Of a DNA stretch of 64,000 bases, positions 31,439 through 38,934 are shown in pieces. Below the pieces are notes generated by a model that was not told the origin of the DNA, did no database searches, and saw only the letters and a program-made list of their open reading frames with translations. Where the stretch lies: positions 62,001 to 126,000 of IMG/VR virus record IMGVR_UViG_3300030085_002431; one strand, given 5' to 3'. Position 1 is the stretch's first letter, and each line of letters opens with the position of its first letter. The translations under genes and the position numbers were made by a program.

Positions 31439-31948
31439 ATGACAATTGGAACCTCCTTTGGTGGAGATACCGTAATCTTTGGGGGAGAAGGTTCAGATAC
31501 CATCAGTTCTTGGGCTGCTGCGGAAGATTATCCTGTGTATGCAGCAGGACCTGTTGACTTCCCTTACTGGGCTGAAGATGGAATCAGCATCACAGGCAAT
31601 CCCTATGCTGCACCTGACACTATTTCTTTTGACACGAACATGACTACTAGTAATAATCCTAATCGATTTAAGTATAGTGAAGAACGTATTCTTAAAGAAC
31701 TGACTGACTATATTTCCTCAACGTACAATCAGCACTATTCTGCTGGTGATGATGCCGTTCAAACACTTGATTTGATTGAAGCATGTGGTGATGGTGAGTC
31801 TTTCTGCCGCAGCAACATCCTCAAGTATGCATCCCGTTATGATAAGAAGGGCACTGCACGACGTGACATTATGAAGATTTTGCACTATGCTGTGCTACTG
31901 ATGCATTTCAACGACAAGAATGCACAACGTGAAACCTACAACCAATGA
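31439..31948 (+). CDS. Conserved phage protein (DUF3310-like C-terminal domain) with an acidic N-terminal extension
   Basis: TYNQHYS...FCRSNILKYASRYDKKG...DIMKILHYA. Confidence 0.65.
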   Translation: MTIGTSFGGDTVIFGGEGSDTISSWAAAEDYPVYAAGPVDFPYWAEDGISITGNPYAAPDTISFDTNMTTSNNPNRFKYSEERILKELTDYISSTYNQHYSAGDDAVQTLDLIEACGDGESFCRSNILKYASRYDKKGTARRDIMKILHYAVLLMHFNDKNAQRETYNQ

Positions 31949-32616
31949 GCATGAAACTATCACCTGAAACTATTACTATTCTCAAAAACTTTGCTTCGAT
32001 TAACCAATCAATTCTTGTTAAAGGTGGTAACCAACTTCGCACTATCAGTGTGATGAAGAACATCCTTGCAGAAGCAGAGGTAAAAGAACAATTTCCTAAA
32101 GACTTTGCTATCTATGACCTTAATCAGTTTCTGAATGGTCTCAGTCTTCACCAAGACCCTGACTTGGATTTTTCTAACGATGCACACTTGATTATTCGTG
32201 AAGGCAAACGTCGAGTTAAGTATTTCTTTGCAGACCCAGAAGTCATTGTTGTTCCTCCTGATAAAGAACTTTCTCTTCCTACTGAAGATGTATGTTTCCA
32301 ACTGGAGCACTCCCAACTTGACCGATTGATTAAAGCATCTGCAGTGTATCAACTGCCCGACCTGTCTGCTGTTGGTGAAGCAGGAGTTGTACGTCTCGTC
32401 GTTCGTGATAAGAAGAACGATACTTCTAACACCTTTTCTATTGATGTTGGTGAGACCTCAGCAGAATTCTGCTTCAATTTCAAAGTAGAGAATATCAAAA
32501 TTATTCCTGGAACTTATGATGTTGTTGTTTCTCAGAAACTCCTGTCTAAGTTTACTAATTCACGTCACAACCTGAACTACTATATTGCTCTGGAACCTGA
32601 CTCCACCTTTGGTTGA
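31945..32616 (+). CDS. gp45: Sliding clamp gp45
   Basis: LKNFASINQSIL, FAIYDLNQFL, YYIALEPDS. Confidence 0.97.
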   Translation: MSMKLSPETITILKNFASINQSILVKGGNQLRTISVMKNILAEAEVKEQFPKDFAIYDLNQFLNGLSLHQDPDLDFSNDAHLIIREGKRRVKYFFADPEVIVVPPDKELSLPTEDVCFQLEHSQLDRLIKASAVYQLPDLSAVGEAGVVRLVVRDKKNDTSNTFSIDVGETSAEFCFNFKVENIKIIPGTYDVVVSQKLLSKFTNSRHNLNYYIALEPDSTFG

Positions 32617-32632
32617 TTAAACCTTTTTTATT

Positions 32633-33577
32633 ATGCGTGATGAATTTCTTTGGGTTGAAAAGTATCGACCCAAAACTATTGAAGATTGCATTCTCCCTGC
32701 TTCTACTAAGAAAACTTTCAAAGATTTTGTTGAACGGGGAGAAGTTCCTAACTTGTTACTTGCTGGACCTGCTGGTTGTGGCAAGACAACTGTTGCAAAA
32801 GCACTATGCCATGAACTGGGGGTAGATTATTATGTCATCAACGGATCCGATGAAGGACGTTTCCTCGATACCGTCCGAAACAATGCGAAGAATTTTGCTT
32901 CGACCGTCTCGCTTACGGCAACTGCTAAACACAAAGTCATCATCATTGATGAGGCAGATAACACAACCAATGACGTACAACTCCTCCTACGGGCATTTAC
33001 TGAGGAGTTTAGTGGCAACTGCAGATTCATCTTTACCTGCAACTACAAAAATAAAATCATCGAACCCCTCCATTCCCGTTGTGCCGTTGTGGAGTTTTCC
33101 ATCACAGGAAAGCAAAAACCAGGAATTGCTGCAAAGTTTTTCTCAAGACTTCAGTCTATCCTCACCGACGAAGGAATCAAGTTCGACAACAAAGTCCTCG
33201 TTGAACTCATCAACAAACACTTCCCAGACTGGAGAAGAGTCCTCAATGAGTGCCAAAGGTACTCGGTGGGTGGGGAGATTGATACAGGCATCCTTGCGTC
33301 CTTTGCAGAAGTAAAAACTGATGAACTTATTAAGAACCTTAAGGAAAAAAACTTTCCTGAAGTACGTAAATGGGTCGTCAGTAACCTGGACAATGATTCT
33401 GGTGTACTTCTTCGTCGTGTTTACGATGCTTGTTACGAAACCCTCGACGGTCCTAGTATTGCTGCTGCTGTTCTTATTGTTGCTAAGTATCAGTATCAAG
33501 CAGCTTTCGTAGCAGACCAAGAAATTAATCTTCTTGCAGCATTAACGGAAATTATGGTGGAGTGTAATTTTAAGTGA
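32633..33577 (+). CDS. gp44: Clamp loader large subunit gp44
   Basis: LWVEKYRP, GPAGCGKTT, IIDEAD, PLHSRC. Confidence 0.97.
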   Translation: MRDEFLWVEKYRPKTIEDCILPASTKKTFKDFVERGEVPNLLLAGPAGCGKTTVAKALCHELGVDYYVINGSDEGRFLDTVRNNAKNFASTVSLTATAKHKVIIIDEADNTTNDVQLLLRAFTEEFSGNCRFIFTCNYKNKIIEPLHSRCAVVEFSITGKQKPGIAAKFFSRLQSILTDEGIKFDNKVLVELINKHFPDWRRVLNECQRYSVGGEIDTGILASFAEVKTDELIKNLKEKNFPEVRKWVVSNLDNDSGVLLRRVYDACYETLDGPSIAAAVLIVAKYQYQAAFVADQEINLLAALTEIMVECNFK

Positions 33578-33783
33578 CAAACGAACTGTATACTACAAAT
33601 AGAAACGAACTAATGCACCAACGTCTACAGGCATGGTTACGTGAAAATAAAAGTGATGACGTTGAATACCTTGGATATTATGATGATGTTCTTGGTCAAC
33701 CGAACTATTGGTATCGCATTGGTAAATATGATGTGACTGTAGACTGTATTGAAGACATTACCCTAGCAGAAGAAAATGATTGA
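33574..33783 (+). CDS. Hypothetical protein
   Basis: 69-aa ORF translationally coupled to gp44. Confidence 0.55.
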   Translation: MTNELYTTNRNELMHQRLQAWLRENKSDDVEYLGYYDDVLGQPNYWYRIGKYDVTVDCIEDITLAEEND

Positions 33784-34069
33784 CATTAAACTTATTCGAT
33801 TGATTACTGGTGAAGAAGTAGTTGCAGAAGTTCTTGAGGATACGGGAACTACTGTTAAAGTCCAGAATGCCCTCGTAGTTATTCCTCAGAGTACTGGTGT
33901 TGGTTTTGCACCTTGGGCAACAGTTATCTCTAAGGACAATCCTGAGATTGTGTTGAAGCAAGAACATATTGTCTACATTGTAGAAGTTCAAGAAGAAGTT
34001 GCTGGTAAATACAATGAGATGTTTGGCAGTAAACTTGTTACTCCAGCAGCTAAAAAACTCGTTTTGTGA
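33776..34069 (+). CDS. Hypothetical protein (Sm-like fold candidate)
   Basis: IKLIRLITGEEVVAEV...FAPW...YNEMFGS. Confidence 0.65.
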   Translation: MIDIKLIRLITGEEVVAEVLEDTGTTVKVQNALVVIPQSTGVGFAPWATVISKDNPEIVLKQEHIVYIVEVQEEVAGKYNEMFGSKLVTPAAKKLVL

Positions 34070-34072
34070 ATT

Positions 34073-34273
34073 ATGAAAATCCCTAGACAAAAGAAATCCA
34101 GAACGTATTACTACTTCTGGTCATTTATGGCACTTACCGTGTTCTTTGGACAACTATATGTTGGATATGGATACCGTCTGATGCATGGAAGTATTCTCGA
34201 TCTACTGGATAAAGTTGATGGAGTTCTTCTACATAAAAATGAAGTTGAAGATAACCATCGCAAGTATCTATGA
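34073..34273 (+). CDS. Small single-pass membrane protein
   Basis: Hydrophobic stretch YYYFWSFMALTVFFGQLYVGYGY. Confidence 0.55.
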   Translation: MKIPRQKKSRTYYYFWSFMALTVFFGQLYVGYGYRLMHGSILDLLDKVDGVLLHKNEVEDNHRKYL

Positions 34274-34413
34274 ACTGCGAAGTAACTTTATTCAAAGCAG
34301 GTCAGGTATTTAAAGAAAAGGTTGTTGCAAGGGATTACGAGGATGCACGTAAAGTTGCTCTTGCTCGTAATCCTGGAGCAACTGTAGTAGGTGTGAACGC
34401 AGTATTTAAGTAG
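34270..34413 (+). CDS. 47-aa hypothetical protein
   Basis: Not in the track. MNCEVTLFKAGQVFKEKVVARDYEDARKVALARNPGATVVGVNAVFK fills the gap exactly, with an ATGA overlap. Confidence 0.6.
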   Translation: MNCEVTLFKAGQVFKEKVVARDYEDARKVALARNPGATVVGVNAVFK

Positions 34414-34416
34414 ATT

Positions 34417-34803
34417 ATGGGAATTGAATTGAAGGACTGGTTGAATTCCATCAACCAGACTAAAAAGAATATTATTGATGAAGACCCTTCGACAGAGAAA
34501 CAATATCCTCCATACATTGTTAATAAATGCTTGAGTGGAAGCATTGATTGTCTCATGCTAGTTAATGAGATGAATATGCATCATCAATTAGAAAAGAGAC
34601 TCCAATACGATTTCCTTATAAATACTATACGATCCAAGAAAAGATTCAATCCTTGGATAAAGAAAGAGAAAATTAAAGACCTTGAATGTGTAAAATCTTA
34701 CTATGGGTATAGTAACGAAAAAGCAGAGCAAGCTCTGAGAATTTTGTCTGATGAGCAACTTAAATTTATTAAATCTAAACTTGATATTGGAGGAACAAGA
34801 TGA
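34417..34803 (+). CDS. gp62: Clamp loader small subunit gp62
   Basis: DWLNSIN, YPPYIVNKCLS, YYGYSNEKA. Confidence 0.93.
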   Translation: MGIELKDWLNSINQTKKNIIDEDPSTEKQYPPYIVNKCLSGSIDCLMLVNEMNMHHQLEKRLQYDFLINTIRSKKRFNPWIKKEKIKDLECVKSYYGYSNEKAEQALRILSDEQLKFIKSKLDIGGTR

Positions 34804-35240
34804 GCGTCGTTCAGGAACCTGAGGTAAGATGGTCACCAGACAAAATGGTGGAAGTTATTCTCAACGAACCTGATGACTTTTTGAAAGTGAGAGAAACACT
34901 AACTAGAATTGGTGTAGCATCCCGCAAAGAAAAAAAGATTTATCAGTCATGCCATATCCTGCATAAGCAGGGTAAATATTATCTAGTACACTTCAAGGAA
35001 CTGTTTGCTCTTGATGGCAAACCAGCAAACTTAACTGTCAATGATGTTCAACGTCGTAATAGAATTACCCAACTCTTAGCAGATTGGGGTTTGATTAACG
35101 TTGTTGATGCAGAAAAAATTCAAGATATTGCACCATTGAATCAAATTAAGGTTCTCCCTTATAGGGATAAGCAAGATTGGATTCTAGAAACCAAGTATAA
35201 TATTGGCACAAAGAAAAAGAAGGTTGAGGAAACCGAATGA
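34800..35240 (+). CDS. regA: Translational repressor RegA
   Basis: DDFLKVRETLTRIG, QSCHILHKQG.YY.VHFKELF. Confidence 0.97.
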   Translation: MSVVQEPEVRWSPDKMVEVILNEPDDFLKVRETLTRIGVASRKEKKIYQSCHILHKQGKYYLVHFKELFALDGKPANLTVNDVQRRNRITQLLADWGLINVVDAEKIQDIAPLNQIKVLPYRDKQDWILETKYNIGTKKKKVEETE

Positions 35241-35246
35241 TAAGGT

Positions 35247-35270
35247 AGGGGGTTCCGAACCCCCTTTTTT
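35247..35270 (+). terminator. Intrinsic terminator after regA
   Basis: AGGGGGTT-CCG-AACCCCCT followed by a T run. Confidence 0.85.
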
Positions 35271-35280
35271 AATGTCACCA

Positions 35281-35348
35281 TATAAATAGACATGGATGCC
35301 TTCGGGGTCCACACAAAAACAAACTCGCTTAATAAAGGAGCTAGAATA
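35281..35348 (+). promoter_or_regulatory. Late promoter TATAAATA plus a structured 5' leader of hsp20
   Basis: TATAAATA at 35281, then a GGATGCC-TTCG-GGGTCC hairpin, an A/C-rich spacer and an AAGGAG RBS. Confidence 0.6.
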
Positions 35349-35783
35349 ATGGGTAACCTCCAACGATGGAGTGCAGCAGACCTGCCTGCGCTCATGGAAA
35401 GAATCAACCGAAATAGTATCGGGATGGATGAGTACTTTGACCGTCTTTTTCACCTACATGAAAGTACCTCAAACTATCCGCCATATAACCTAGTGCAAGT
35501 TAATAATGTAGAGTCTAGACTTGAATTAGCACTAGCTGGATTCAAAAAAGAAGAAGTCAATGTCTACACGGAATACGGTAAACTCTTTATTGAAGGCAAG
35601 AAAGAGGATAAAGAAACACAGTCTTCATACGTCCACAAAGGTTTGGCTCAACGGTCGTTTACACGAACCTGGACTCTCAGTGACGACACGGAAATTGGAT
35701 CAGTTAATTTTGAAAATGGGCTTTTAGAGATTGTCCTTAAAAAAGTAGTACCAGATCATCATGCTCGTAAAGATTGGTTTTGA
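35349..35783 (+). CDS. hsp20: Small heat shock protein Hsp20 (IbpA-like)
   Basis: YPPYNL, ELALAGF, HKGLAQRSFTR, NGLLEI; ATG at 35349 follows AAGGAG. Confidence 0.95.
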   Translation: MGNLQRWSAADLPALMERINRNSIGMDEYFDRLFHLHESTSNYPPYNLVQVNNVESRLELALAGFKKEEVNVYTEYGKLFIEGKKEDKETQSSYVHKGLAQRSFTRTWTLSDDTEIGSVNFENGLLEIVLKKVVPDHHARKDWF

Positions 35784-35823
35784 TTTCATAACAGTCTCTT
35801 TATAATTTAGTCACCGATGCTAC

Positions 35824-35850
35824 AAAAGTGTATCAACGTGATACACTTTT
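35824..35850. promoter_or_regulatory. Perfect 12-bp inverted repeat (operator or AT-rich terminator) upstream of a -10 box
   Basis: AAAAGTGTATCA-ACG-TGATACACTTTT; TATAAT at 35856-35861. Confidence 0.55.
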
Positions 35851-35882
35851 TGCTATATAATATGTACTTTGGAGGACGACTT

Positions 35883-35966
35883 ATGAATCTCACAGCCGCC
35901 ACTCTTACAATTGGGACCGCAATGACTCTTTTTTTCAACGGGTTCCTTGGGGGCGCATTCCCCTAA
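35883..35966 (+). CDS. 27-aa hydrophobic micropeptide
   Basis: GGAGG RBS; MNLTAATLTIGTAMTLFFNGFLGGAFP. Confidence 0.5.
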   Translation: MNLTAATLTIGTAMTLFFNGFLGGAFP

Positions 35967-36008
35967 TAGTCCACCCAGTATAGAGTCCTTTTACTTTACA
36001 ACTCCATA

Positions 36009-36119
36009 ATGGCAATTTTCGCAACTATCGCATTTATTGGTTCAGCAATTTTCGGAGCATATCAACTAACACCCAAAACAGCAAAAGTAACTGTTGATGA
36101 CGAGTTACTTCCTTATTGA
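36009..36119 (+). CDS. 36-aa single-pass membrane micropeptide
   Basis: MAIFATIAFIGSAIFGAYQLTPKTAKVTVDDELLPY. Confidence 0.45.
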   Translation: MAIFATIAFIGSAIFGAYQLTPKTAKVTVDDELLPY

Positions 36120-36120
36120 A

Positions 36121-36189
36121 TAAATAAAACTGAATATCGTCGCCGCAGGGGACCGACTGGCAAAATCCAGTTGAATCCCCTCTTTTTTT
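36121..36189 (+). ncRNA. Candidate late small RNA (about 55-60 nt) ending in a terminator hairpin
   Basis: TAAATA at 36121, no ORF, GC-rich 5' segment ATATCGTCGCCGC, stem AGGGGA..CGACTGG/CCAGTTG..TCCCCT, then T7. Confidence 0.4.
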
Positions 36190-36199
36190 GTATTATAAT
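36171..36199 (+). promoter_or_regulatory. Sigma70-type promoter for ndhD, overlapping the terminator
   Basis: TTGAAT-N17-TATAAT, 15 nt before the ndhD ATG. Confidence 0.65.
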
Positions 36200-36214
36200 A
36201 GTTAGTGAAACTTT

Positions 36215-37774
36215 ATGAACCATACTATGCCTTGGTTGAGTTTATCTATTCTAGTTCCTATCGTTGCTGCTTTATTCATCCCCTTCATTCCAGATAAAGG
36301 TGATGGAAAGGTTGTCAGATGGTATGGACTATCGACTACATTAGTTACATTTTTAATTACTGTAGCAGCATATCTAACTGGATACGACCCAAGTGTAAGT
36401 GGTCTCCAGATGGTAGAGAAGGTTTCTTGGATTCCCTCACTGGGTCTGCAGTGGTCTGTGGGGGCAGATGGACTGTCTATGCCACTAATCCTTCTAACTA
36501 GTTTTATCACTAGTCTTGCTGCCCTTGCCGCATGGCCTCTACGATTCAAACCTAAACTATTTTACTTCCTTCTTTTGTTGATGGATGGTGGGCAGATTAT
36601 GGTTTTTGCGGTACAGGATTTGATTCTTTTCTTCCTGTCATGGGAACTAGAACTTGTTCCTGTTTACATGATGCTCTCTATTTGGGGAGGAAAGAAACGT
36701 CAATATGCTGCTACAAAGTTTATTATTTACACAGCAGGTAGTTCTTTGTTTATTCTTCTGGCAGGACTTGCCATGGGATTCTGGGCATCTAATGGTGCTC
36801 CAAACTTTGACTACACATATCTAATGCAGCAGGGATTCCCAAAGAGTTTTCAACTTTGGTGTTATGCTGGATTCTTAATTGCCTTTGGTGTAAAACTCCC
36901 TATTGTTCCATTACATACATGGTTACCTGATGCACACGGGGAAGCAACTGCGCCAGTCCATATGCTTCTGGCAGGTATCCTTCTGAAGATGGGTGGATAT
37001 GCACTGCTGCGATTTAACTGTCAACTTCTTCCAGAAGCACATACAGTATTTGCACCTATCTTGATTGTCCTTGGTGCTGTGAATATCATTTATGCAGCAT
37101 TGACATCATTTGCACAACGCAACCTCAAACGCAAGATTGCATATAGTTCTATCAGTCACATGGGATTTGTACTTATCGGTATTGGGAGTTATAGTGCTCT
37201 TGGAACCAGTGGTGCTATGCTCCAGATGGTAAGTCACGGTTTGATTGGTGCATCTCTGTTCTTCCTGGTGGGTGCAACCTATGACAGGACCCATACTCTT
37301 GAACTTGCTGAGATGGGTGGTGTGGGCAAGAGTATGAAGATTATGTTTGCAATGTGGGTTGTCTGTACAATGGCATCTTTGGCACTTCCAGGAATGAGTG
37401 GATTTGCAAGTGAACTGATGGTCTTCACTGGATTTGCAACTGACACAATGTATAGTGTGCCGTTCCGTGTATTCATTTGTATTCTTTCTGCCATTGGTGT
37501 TATTCTTACACCCATTTATTTGCTATCGATGCTTCGTGAGATATTCTTTGGCAAAGAGAATAAGGAACTTGTCAATCATACAAACCTAGTTGATGCAGAA
37601 CCAAGGGAAATATATATTATTAGTTGTCTTCTTGTTCCTATCATCGGACTTGGAGTGTTCCCAAGAATTATGACTGATACATATCAGAGTTCTATCGAAG
37701 CACTAGTTGAAAGAGATAAGGCACCATTGGTAAGACCCCATCTAGTTAGAATGTATACACCCCCAACAGTATGA
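36215..37774 (+). CDS. ndhD: NAD(P)H-quinone oxidoreductase (NDH-1) subunit 4, cyanobacterial NdhD1/D2-type
   Basis: Multi-TM protein. [84 protein letters not shown]. Confidence 0.96.
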   Translation: MNHTMPWLSLSILVPIVAALFIPFIPDKGDGKVVRWYGLSTTLVTFLITVAAYLTGYDPSVSGLQMVEKVSWIPSLGLQWSVGADGLSMPLILLTSFITSLAALAAWPLRFKPKLFYFLLLLMDGGQIMVFAVQDLILFFLSWELELVPVYMMLSIWGGKKRQYAATKFIIYTAGSSLFILLAGLAMGFWASNGAPNFDYTYLMQQGFPKSFQLWCYAGFLIAFGVKLPIVPLHTWLPDAHGEATAPVHMLLAGILLKMGGYALLRFNCQLLPEAHTVFAPILIVLGAVNIIYAALTSFAQRNLKRKIAYSSISHMGFVLIGIGSYSALGTSGAMLQMVSHGLIGASLFFLVGATYDRTHTLELAEMGGVGKSMKIMFAMWVVCTMASLALPGMSGFASELMVFTGFATDTMYSVPFRVFICILSAIGVILTPIYLLSMLREIFFGKENKELVNHTNLVDAEPREIYIISCLLVPIIGLGVFPRIMTDTYQSSIEALVERDKAPLVRPHLVRMYTPPTV

Positions 37775-38316
37775 ACCTAGATATTTGTGATAAGATAGCA
37801 GAAAAACTTATATTAGAAACTAATACTAGTAAACGCACATCTTTCTTTAAAGGTGACCACAATGTATATTCTATGAGTATTGCATTTACAAAAGATGGAA
37901 TTGAAGAATTGCTAGAAAATTATGGTTACTTAAAACCTTTTATTGATGAAGCTGTTGATACTGATACTTACAATGTTTTTTGGTTAAATTCATTGATAAT
38001 TGGAAACGGGGAAGAGATACAACGACATAGAGATGCTACAATAAGTAGATATACTAAAGTTCCCATCTTGGCAGATAGAGTAACTGTACTTTATGTAAAA
38101 GTTCCTAGTGATATGATTGGTGGAGAACTTAAAATATATCATTATCGTCGTATAGAAACAGTAACACCAGAGAAGGGGAAAATGGTAATTTTTAAAAATC
38201 AAACTCATTCTATTGATGAAGTTACTACAGATAGTGAGAGAATTAGTTTAGTTCTTGAGAGTTACTATCTTGATGAAATAGACTTTCCTAAAATACCCAA
38301 GTATGATAAAGAATAA
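37771..38316 (+). CDS. 2OG-Fe(II) oxygenase-like protein
   Basis: HRD (HxD), VTVLYV, GGEL, P.KGKMVIF...H, RISLV. Confidence 0.7.
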   Translation: MNLDICDKIAEKLILETNTSKRTSFFKGDHNVYSMSIAFTKDGIEELLENYGYLKPFIDEAVDTDTYNVFWLNSLIIGNGEEIQRHRDATISRYTKVPILADRVTVLYVKVPSDMIGGELKIYHYRRIETVTPEKGKMVIFKNQTHSIDEVTTDSERISLVLESYYLDEIDFPKIPKYDKE

Positions 38317-38320
38317 ATCT

Positions 38321-38359
38321 AAGGGGAGGTTTGACACCTCCCTTTTTTATTGCTAAAAT
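38321..38359 (+). promoter_or_regulatory. Fused terminator hairpin and sigma70 promoter
   Basis: AGGGGAGGT-TTGAC-ACCTCCC.. hairpin plus T run; TTGACA(38331)-N17-TAAAAT(38354). Confidence 0.8.
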
Positions 38360-38381
38360 TCTAAGAGGAAACGAGTGGTTT

Positions 38382-38711
38382 ATGGCTGTTAAACTTGCTG
38401 TATTGAAGTCTGGTGAAGACGTAGTTGCCGACATTAAAGAACTCTGTGACGAGCAGGATAATGTTGTAGCACTAGTGTTTAGTAACCCTGTTGTTGTGAA
38501 GTTGATTACTAATCAGACTTTACTTGAAAGTGAAAATGCTGATGAATATAAAGTAGCATTTTATCCTTGGCAACCACTCTCGGCGGAAAGAGATATTCCT
38601 GTTCGGTCTGACTGGATTGTTAGTATTTCTGAACCTATTGAACTTGTAAAAACATCTTATCAGGAGAAAATGAATGGAAGAAACAGCACTGATGGTAGCA
38701 GTCCTGAATAG
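38382..38711 (+). CDS. Conserved hypothetical protein (Sm-like fold candidate)
   Basis: VKLAVLKSGEDVVADIKE...FYPW.PLS; ATG at 38382. Confidence 0.7.
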   Translation: MAVKLAVLKSGEDVVADIKELCDEQDNVVALVFSNPVVVKLITNQTLLESENADEYKVAFYPWQPLSAERDIPVRSDWIVSISEPIELVKTSYQEKMNGRNSTDGSSPE

Positions 38712-38934
38712 TGGAATTGCTCTGATTACTGAGATTGAAGAAGTTGCTGCTTCAATTCCTGGTGAACCAGATTGTAAATTTATAAATCCCTTTGAAATAA
38801 AGGGTGACACCCTGGTTCCTTGGTTGTATGATTACACTGACGAACGCACCGTCATGATTAGTTCTGACAGGATTCTTACTCTTGTAGAACCAAAGAAAAC
38901 ATTCCTTGAAAAGTACAAAGACCTTACGAAATGA
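38674..38934 (+). CDS. Conserved hypothetical protein upstream of gp43
   Basis: IPGEPDCK.INP...PWL...SSDRILTLVEP. Confidence 0.7.
   Translation: MEETALMVAVLNSGIALITEIEEVAASIPGEPDCKFINPFEIKGDTLVPWLYDYTDERTVMISSDRILTLVEPKKTFLEKYKDLTK

Noticed and set aside
35829-35844. Canonical NtcA box
   Set aside because: Spacing is GTA-N9-TAC rather than N8, and the distance to the -10 box does not fit a class II NtcA promoter; kept only as an unassigned palindrome.
35883-35966. Calling the 27-aa peptide NdhP
   Set aside because: It lacks the conserved NdhP C-terminal FYD(T/S)D.Y.G.G.AH tail; similarity is limited to LFF/NGF.
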